From Candidatus Eisenbacteria bacterium RBG_16_71_46 (lineage in GTDB: Bacteria; Eisenbacteria; RBG-16-71-46), in contig MFFQ01000023.1 in assembly GCA_001780165.1 (NCBI GenBank), positions 5,215 through 69,214 on the forward strand: 64,000 nt of DNA, written 5' to 3'. The translations under genes were made by a program, and so were the position numbers. Below the pieces are notes generated by a model, which was given only the letters and a program-made list of their open reading frames with translations, did no database searches and was not told the origin of the DNA. The first letter of the stretch is position 1, and the number at the start of each line of letters is the position of its first letter. Below, one piece after another: positions 58,302-64,000 of the stretch.

Positions 58302-60785
58302 ATGCGTCGCATCCTGTTCGCCGTCCTCGCGGTGCTCGCTCTCCCGAGCGTCGCCGGAGCCGCCGCGGCCGATAACAACGTGGAGTGGAACGGCGTCAGC
58401 CACGTCGGCTGGCAGGATCGCCGGCCCCTGTGCCCGGTCGGCGGCGAGTCGTTCCAGGTGCGGTTTCAGACCTACGTCAACGACATCACCTCGGCGCGGG
58501 TCCACGCGGACGACGGGACCGTCACCTGGGTCACCGCGGCGAAGGTCGGCACCCGCAGCGTGTACGACGTCTGGGCCGCGGCCATCCCGGCCAGCACGCC
58601 GGGGGGCACGGTGCGCTACTGGATCGAGCTGACCGACGGATCGGATACCGACTACTACAGCGTGGGCGGCACGTCGGACGGCACGCCCGTGGACGGCGGA
58701 TTCGTCGTCGACTTCGCCACGCTCGAGCATGCCCCGATCGGCGCGACACGCACCAGCGGCGGCGGCGCCGTGTTCAAGGTGTGGGCGCCGACCCGGGTCT
58801 CCACCTACGCGCGCGGCGACTTCAACGGCTGGAGCCTCGCCAACCCGCTCACCAAGGTCGGCGAGCACTTCATCGGCCTGGTCCCGGTCGTGGGGGCCGG
58901 CCAGGAGTACAAGTTCTTCTTCAACAACAGCGTCTACAACACCGACGCCCGCGGGCGGGCGATGAATCCCGCCGACAACAACAATTCGATCGTTGCCGAT
59001 CCCTTCGCCTACGGTTGGAACGACGCCGGCTTCGTGACCCCCTCGATCGAGCGGATGATCGTCTACCAGCTTCAGATCGGCACCTTCGCCGGGCGCAACG
59101 ATCCGCTCGGCTCCACCCCGTTTCCCTCGCGCTACGTGGATGTCGCCGCGCGCGCCGGGCAGCTCGCGCAGCTTGGCATCAACGCGGTGATGTTCAACCC
59201 CTTCACCGAGTTCCCGGGCGACCTCTCGGCGGGATACAACCCCAAGTCCCTGTGGGCGCCGGAGTGGAAGTACGGCACGCCCGACGAGTGCAAGGCGATG
59301 GTGGACTCGCTCCACCGGCACGGCATCGCGGCCCTGCTCGACATCGTGTGGAACCACTTCACGTTCAACGAGAACTTCATGTGGAACTACGACGGCTCGC
59401 AGATCTACTTCGACTCGCCGGCGGTGGACACGCCGTGGGGGTCGCAGGCGGACTTCGACCAAAGCGCGGTGCGCGACTACTACGTGGACAGTGCCCTCTA
59501 CTGGCTCGAGGAGTTCCACCTCGACGGCTTCCGCATGGACGCCACCTCCTACATGAACTTGCCCGCCCAGGCGGCCGCGGGCTGGGCCCTGATGCAGCGG
59601 CTCAACGACACGGTGGACAACCGCTGGGTGGACAAGGTCGTGATCGCCGAGCAGCTTCCCGACGACCCCGGGATCACCACCCCGACGAGCGCCGGCGGCG
59701 CCGGTTTCGACTGCCAGTACCGCGACGTGTTCGTGGACGACCTGCGGCAGGCGATCTTCGACGCCGCCTTCGGCGATCCGAGCATGGCCGCGGTGCGCAC
59801 CGCGATCCTCGGCGGGGGGACGTATCTCAGCGGCAACCGCGTGCTCAACTACCTCGAGCTGCACGACGAGGCCTGGCCGTCGAGCGGCGGGCAACGCATC
59901 GTGCGCGTCATCGACACCAGCGCGCCCTACGACGACCTCTACGCCAAGGGCCGGGTCAAGCTCGGCCAGGGCCTCGTGCTCACCGCCCCGGGCGTGCCCG
60001 CGATGCTCATGGGCAGCGAGTGGCTCGAGGACACCAACTTCGGCGCCGACGCGTCGAGCCGCATCGACTGGTCGAAGCGCACGACCTACGCCCCGATCTA
60101 CCGCTACTTCCAGGACCTGATCGCGCTGCGGCGCGACCAGCCGGAGCTCTACGCCTCGGCATCGGTGCACGTGTTCCACGTCAACGAGGGCGGCAACGTC
60201 ATCGCCTTCCGCCGCTACGACGCGCAGAACAACGCCTCGGTGGTGATCGCCAACTTCAGCAACACCAACTATGCCAGCTACCGCATCGGGCTGCCGCTCG
60301 CCGGCCCCTGGCACGAGCGGATCGACAGCCAGTCGAGCGTCTACGACGGCAACGGCCTCGACAATCCGGGCACCCTCGCGACCGACCCGATCACGGCCGA
60401 CGGCTTCGTCCAGTCGGTGGCAATCAACGTGCCGCAGATGGGGCTGCTGATGCTCGGGCCCGGCAACCCGACCGTCGGGGTGGACGACGTGCCGCGCCCC
60501 CCGGCGACGCGGCTCCGGATCGATCGCGTCACGCCCAGTCCCGCCCGCGGCAGCGCCACGCTCACCCTCAGCCTGCCGCGCGCCGTGGCGGTGAAACTCG
60601 CGATCTACGACGCGCGCGGGGCGCGCGTGGCGACGCTGCTCGACGGCCCGCGCGGCGCCGGCACCTGGAGCGTGCGCTGGGACGGCCGCGATGCGCGCGG
60701 CGGGCCGGCCCCGGCGGGGATCTACTTCGCGCGGATCGATGCCGGGAGCGAGTTCGCCACCTCGCGCTTCGCCCTGATCCGCTAG
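58302..60785 (+). CDS. Secreted GH13 alpha-glucan-active enzyme (CBM48-like N-domain + amylase catalytic domain) with T9SS C-terminal domain
   Basis: Signal peptide MRRILFAVLAVLALPSVAGA after GGAGG; ...GFRMDA... region II, ...ELHDE...; C-terminal ...ATLTLSLPRAVAVKLAIYDARGARVATLL...GIYFARI...RFALIR. Confidence 0.8.
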   Translation: MRRILFAVLAVLALPSVAGAAAADNNVEWNGVSHVGWQDRRPLCPVGGESFQVRFQTYVNDITSARVHADDGTVTWVTAAKVGTRSVYDVWAAAIPASTPGGTVRYWIELTDGSDTDYYSVGGTSDGTPVDGGFVVDFATLEHAPIGATRTSGGGAVFKVWAPTRVSTYARGDFNGWSLANPLTKVGEHFIGLVPVVGAGQEYKFFFNNSVYNTDARGRAMNPADNNNSIVADPFAYGWNDAGFVTPSIERMIVYQLQIGTFAGRNDPLGSTPFPSRYVDVAARAGQLAQLGINAVMFNPFTEFPGDLSAGYNPKSLWAPEWKYGTPDECKAMVDSLHRHGIAALLDIVWNHFTFNENFMWNYDGSQIYFDSPAVDTPWGSQADFDQSAVRDYYVDSALYWLEEFHLDGFRMDATSYMNLPAQAAAGWALMQRLNDTVDNRWVDKVVIAEQLPDDPGITTPTSAGGAGFDCQYRDVFVDDLRQAIFDAAFGDPSMAAVRTAILGGGTYLSGNRVLNYLELHDEAWPSSGGQRIVRVIDTSAPYDDLYAKGRVKLGQGLVLTAPGVPAMLMGSEWLEDTNFGADASSRIDWSKRTTYAPIYRYFQDLIALRRDQPELYASASVHVFHVNEGGNVIAFRRYDAQNNASVVIANFSNTNYASYRIGLPLAGPWHERIDSQSSVYDGNGLDNPGTLATDPITADGFVQSVAINVPQMGLLMLGPGNPTVGVDDVPRPPATRLRIDRVTPSPARGSATLTLSLPRAVAVKLAIYDARGARVATLLDGPRGAGTWSVRWDGRDARGGPAPAGIYFARIDAGSEFATSRFALIR

Positions 60786-60985
60786 TCGCGCCGCGAGACG
60801 CGGCGGGGGCATCAACCCTGTGCGCGCCCCGCCCGGTCGGCCGGACCGGCTCGGACCGGCGACAGGGCATTTTGGCCCCCGCCTCCAGCCGGTATAGGGT
60901 CGTCGCCTCGGGGGGTGCGCGCGCACCGGGCCCCCGGACCCGGCGCGGGCCCCGCGAGTCGGCGTGACCGTCCGGCGGCGCGTGC

Positions 60986-61972
60986 GTGGACGAACCACGG
61001 GGGGATGGCGTGACCGACGCGGGACTGCAGTCACGGATCGAGGTGCTCTCCGATCTCGAGCCGGTGGTGGACGAGCTCATCCTGACCCACGAGTCCAAGC
61101 GCGAGCTGTGGTGGCCGAGCGACCTGTTCGCCGAGGAGGAGCAGGCCTCGCCCGAGCGGACCCGCGAGGCGCTGCGCGAGCGCGCGCGCGGGCTCTCGGA
61201 CCCGGCGCGGATCGCGATCGCGCTCAACCTCGTCACCGAGGAGGGCCTGCCCCACTTTCACCGGCTGCTCGCGGTGCACTTCGGCGACGACACGTTCTGG
61301 CGCAAGTGGCAGAATCTGTGGACCGCCGAGGAAGACCGCCACGGCGTCGTGATCCACGACTACTGCCGCGAGTCTGGCATCCTGCACGCGGCGAGCCTCG
61401 ACCGCCTGCAGTTCGACTACCTGCGCAGCGGCTTCCACCCGTCGTGGGACTACGATCCCTACCGGGTGTTCGTCTACACCACGCTGCAGGAGCGCGCGAC
61501 CCAGGTCTCGCACGCCAATACCGGCCGCTACGCCGGCCCGTACGAGCCCAAGATCGAGTACATCCTCGGCCGCGTCGCCGGCGACGAGGCGCGCCACTAC
61601 GCCTTCTACCGCCAGATCTTCGCCGAGGTGCTCGAGCGCGATCCCGACCAGGCGCTCGATTCCGCCGCGCGCGTCATGCCGAGCATCGAGATGCCGGGGG
61701 TGAGCATGCCGCACTTCCGCGAATTCGCCGATGTCGTGCGCCGCGCGGGCATCTACGGACCGCGGGAGTACCTGCGCATCGTCCAGGAGCAGATCAAGTT
61801 CTGGAACATCGAGTCCCTCACCGGGCTCCGCGAGCTCGGCGCCCGGGCGCAGGAGAAGATCCTCGACATCCCGCGCCGGCTCGAGAAGATCGCCGAATAC
61901 GTCGAGAGCCGCAGCACGTCCAAGACCTTCTCGTTCGACCTCGTCTTCCAACGCGAATTCGCGATGGAGTGA
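60986..61972 (+). CDS. Soluble acyl-ACP desaturase (di-iron, stearoyl-ACP Delta9-desaturase family)
   Basis: Two E-E-x-R-H di-iron motifs (TAEEDRHGV, GDEARHYAFY); GTG start; GTG at 61010 is an alternative. Confidence 0.8.
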   Translation: MDEPRGDGVTDAGLQSRIEVLSDLEPVVDELILTHESKRELWWPSDLFAEEEQASPERTREALRERARGLSDPARIAIALNLVTEEGLPHFHRLLAVHFGDDTFWRKWQNLWTAEEDRHGVVIHDYCRESGILHAASLDRLQFDYLRSGFHPSWDYDPYRVFVYTTLQERATQVSHANTGRYAGPYEPKIEYILGRVAGDEARHYAFYRQIFAEVLERDPDQALDSAARVMPSIEMPGVSMPHFREFADVVRRAGIYGPREYLRIVQEQIKFWNIESLTGLRELGARAQEKILDIPRRLEKIAEYVESRSTSKTFSFDLVFQREFAME

Positions 61973-63213
61973 TGGATCGTCGCGTCGTCGTCAGCGGCCT
62001 CGGCATCGCGGCGCCGGTCGGGACCGGCGTGGAGCGCGCGTGGACGGCGCTCCTCGAGGGGCGCTCCGGGATCGGCCCGATCACGCTGTTCGAGGCCTCC
62101 GGGCTCCGCAGCCGCATCGCCGGCGAGGTGAACGACCTCCGCCCCGCCGAGCGGCTGCCCGCCAAGACCCTGAAGCGCAGCGCGCGCTTCACCCAGCTCG
62201 CCCTGGTGGCGGCCCTCGAGGCGCTGGTCCACGCCCGCCTCGACGACGAGGCGACGCGGAACGACACCGCGGTGGTCGTGGGCTCGGGCATCGGCGGCTT
62301 CGACATGCTCGAGCGCGAGCACCAGGTGTTCCTCGAGCGCGGTCCGGGGCGGTTCGCGCCCCTCACCGTGCCGATGATCATCCCCAACATGGCCGCGGGG
62401 GCGATCGCCATGGAAACCGGGTGCCGCGGACCGAGCCTGTGCCTGAGTACCGCCTGCGCGAGCGGCGGCAACGCCATCGGCACCGCGCTCGACCTCATCC
62501 GCAGCGGGCGGGCCGAGGTGGCCGTGGCCGGCGGCGCCGAGTGCACGATCTCCCCGTTCGCCGTGGACGGCTACTGCCAACTGCGCGCGCTCTCGACCCG
62601 CAACGACGCGCCGCAGGCCGCCTCGCGTCCCTTCAGCCTCGACCGCGACGGGTTCGTCATCGCCGAGGGCGCCGGGATCCTGGTGCTCGAGAGCCTCGAG
62701 CATGCGCGCGCGCGCGGCATGGAGCCGCGGGTCGAGGTCGCGGGCTACGGCGCGAGCGCCGACGGCTATCATCCGACGGCCCCCGACCCCGAGGGGCGCG
62801 GGGCCGCGCGCGCGATCCGCGCGGCACTCGCCGACGCGCGCATCGCGCCCGAGCAGGTCGAGGTGGTCAACGCCCACGGGACCTCGACGCCGCTCAACGA
62901 CGCCACCGAGACCGCGGTGCTCAAGCAGGTGTTCGGCCGCCACGCCTACCGGCTGGCGATCCACTCCACCAAGTCCATGACCGGTCACGCCCTGGGCGCC
63001 TCACCCGCGATCGAGGCGGTGGTGGCGGTGCTCACGATCGAGCGCGGGGTGATCCACCCCACGATCAACCTCGAGCAGCCGGATCCCGCGTGCGATCTCG
63101 ACTACGTGCCGCGCGAGGCGCGCGAAGCGAGGGTGCGGACGGTGGTCTCGAACTCATTCGGTTTCGGCGGCCATAACGCGGTGCTGGTGTTCCGGGCGCT
63201 GGACGGCCGCTGA
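61972..63213 (+). CDS. fabF: 3-oxoacyl-ACP synthase II
   Basis: TACASG (Cys), NAHGTSTP (His), GHALGAS motifs; ATG shares its A with the desaturase TGA (TGATG). Confidence 0.9.
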   Translation: MDRRVVVSGLGIAAPVGTGVERAWTALLEGRSGIGPITLFEASGLRSRIAGEVNDLRPAERLPAKTLKRSARFTQLALVAALEALVHARLDDEATRNDTAVVVGSGIGGFDMLEREHQVFLERGPGRFAPLTVPMIIPNMAAGAIAMETGCRGPSLCLSTACASGGNAIGTALDLIRSGRAEVAVAGGAECTISPFAVDGYCQLRALSTRNDAPQAASRPFSLDRDGFVIAEGAGILVLESLEHARARGMEPRVEVAGYGASADGYHPTAPDPEGRGAARAIRAALADARIAPEQVEVVNAHGTSTPLNDATETAVLKQVFGRHAYRLAIHSTKSMTGHALGASPAIEAVVAVLTIERGVIHPTINLEQPDPACDLDYVPREAREARVRTVVSNSFGFGGHNAVLVFRALDGR

Positions 63214-63223
63214 GCCTCGACCG

Positions 63224-64000
63224 TCACCGCAGCACGTCGGGGTGCGGCGCGGCCCGCAGCATCTCCTGCGTCTCGAGGTAGAGCCGCTCGCTCACCGACA
63301 CCTTGTACGGCGTGGGATTGAGCGGACGCAGGTGGTCCGGGCGCGTCTCGCGGAGCTGGGCGCGCACCCGGTCGCGCACCGCCGCGAGCGGGGGGCCGGC
63401 GACGCGGCGTCCGTCCCGCCACGCCGGGGCGAGCAGCCGCTCGACGGTCGCGGGGATCACCCGCGCGCGACGCGAGGGATCGAACGGGTGGCAGCACAGG
63501 ATCTCGCCTCCGGGCTGCGGCGCGGCCTCGTCGGCGAACGCCAGGAGGTCCAGCAGCGGCGTGCCGTCCGCGCCCCGCAGCCGCCAGATCTCCTTCTTCC
63601 CGGGCAGCGTGGTCTTCGCGGTGTCCTCGGAGAGCTTGATCCGCGGCGTGCCGTCGATCGCGACCAGCTTGTAGATGCCTCCAAGCGCCGGGTCCGAGCT
63701 GCAGGTCGCGAGGTGCGTGCCGATGCCGAAGGCGTTCACCTCGTGTCCCTCCTGCTTGAGCGACAGCAGCACGCTCTCGTCGATCTCGTTGCTGGCGAGG
63801 ATCACGAGCCGCCCGAAGGGTCGGCCGTGGCGCGCCCCGACCTCGGCGAAATGCCGCCGGGTCTGTTTCGACAGGTGCGCCAGGTCACCCGAATCCAGCC
63901 GCACGCCGACCGGCTCGTAGCCGGCCTCGGCCAGCGCCAGCGCCACGCAGAGGAAGTTGGGCACCCCCGAGCGCATCGTGTCGTAGGTGTCGACCAGCGC
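63224..64000 (-). CDS. pncB: Nicotinate phosphoribosyltransferase, C-terminal part; 5' end outside the window
   Basis: Window edge encodes ...ALVDTYDTMRSGVPNF...; ORF open at the right edge. Confidence 0.8.
   Translation of the reverse strand, partial: ALVDTYDTMRSGVPNFLCVALALAEAGYEPVGVRLDSGDLAHLSKQTRRHFAEVGARHGRPFGRLVILASNEIDESVLLSLKQEGHEVNAFGIGTHLATCSSDPALGGIYKLVAIDGTPRIKLSEDTAKTTLPGKKEIWRLRGADGTPLLDLLAFADEAAPQPGGEILCCHPFDPSRRARVIPATVERLLAPAWRDGRRVAGPPLAAVRDRVRAQLRETRPDHLRPLNPTPYKVSVSERLYLETQEMLRAAPHPDVLR

Noticed and set aside
60964-61971. N-terminal 336 aa of the 749-aa ORF that ends as FabF
   Set aside because: Out of frame across the acyl-ACP desaturase gene; FabF starts at the ATG overlapping the desaturase stop.

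Overview
This is a GC-rich bacterial chromosomal window with G/C-dominated third codon positions and many spurious antisense or out-of-frame ORFs in the six-frame track. About 48 real protein-coding genes are supported; no rRNA, tRNA, CRISPR array or mobile element is visible. Many adjacent genes are joined by 4-nt ATGA or GTGA stop/start overlaps, which implies operons. Four secreted proteins end in the same ~80-aa FlgD-Ig/T9SS-type C-terminal sorting domain (...NPF..TTIRF...YD..GR.V..L.....G.Y.....KxxxxR/K), so the organism uses a type IX secretion system; the GC content suggests it lies outside classical Bacteroidetes, which is an inference.

Layout. 1-16.7 kb holds housekeeping genes: partial speA, a DUF2779 nuclease, a KAS-III homologue, gdhA translationally coupled to a CheY-receiver/PPDK_N ATP-grasp protein, a BBE-like FAD oxidase, a DEAD-box helicase, a sterol-desaturase-like gene, qor, an SDR epimerase and a DCC-family gene. 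16.8-43.1 kb is a ~26-kb glycan utilization locus and the main finding. It contains a GH94 phosphorylase, two DUF3131/GH144-like (alpha/alpha)6 paralogues (one T9SS-secreted, one lipoprotein), a SusC-like TonB receptor coupled to a T9SS-sorted surface protein and an outer-membrane barrel, a tandem CBM9-like T9SS protein, a GH1 beta-glucosidase, a discoidin-domain (alpha/alpha)6 hydrolase, a sugar ABC transporter and an autoregulated LacI repressor. A conserved 14-bp operator (TGTAAACGrTTACr) followed by TTGWCAAG occurs three times, and one copy extends the regulon to an orphan secreted protein. Content is consistent with beta-1,2-glucan/sophoro-oligosaccharide phosphorolysis, but specificity is not provable from sequence.

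43.3-46.1 kb holds a VTC-domain (polyphosphate-polymerase-like) / DUF4956 membrane protein / CotH-kinase trio. 46.3-64.0 kb holds a POT peptide transporter, pckG, gltA, a GT39 glycosyltransferase, ackA-hbd, rhodanese-sufE, a T9SS-secreted GH13 alpha-glucan enzyme, a soluble acyl-ACP desaturase coupled to fabF, and partial pncB.

Non-coding signals: the window's only A7/T7 run forms a strong intrinsic terminator inside a 350-nt gene-free interval (sRNA or leader candidate), and several perfect GC hairpins lie downstream of genes.
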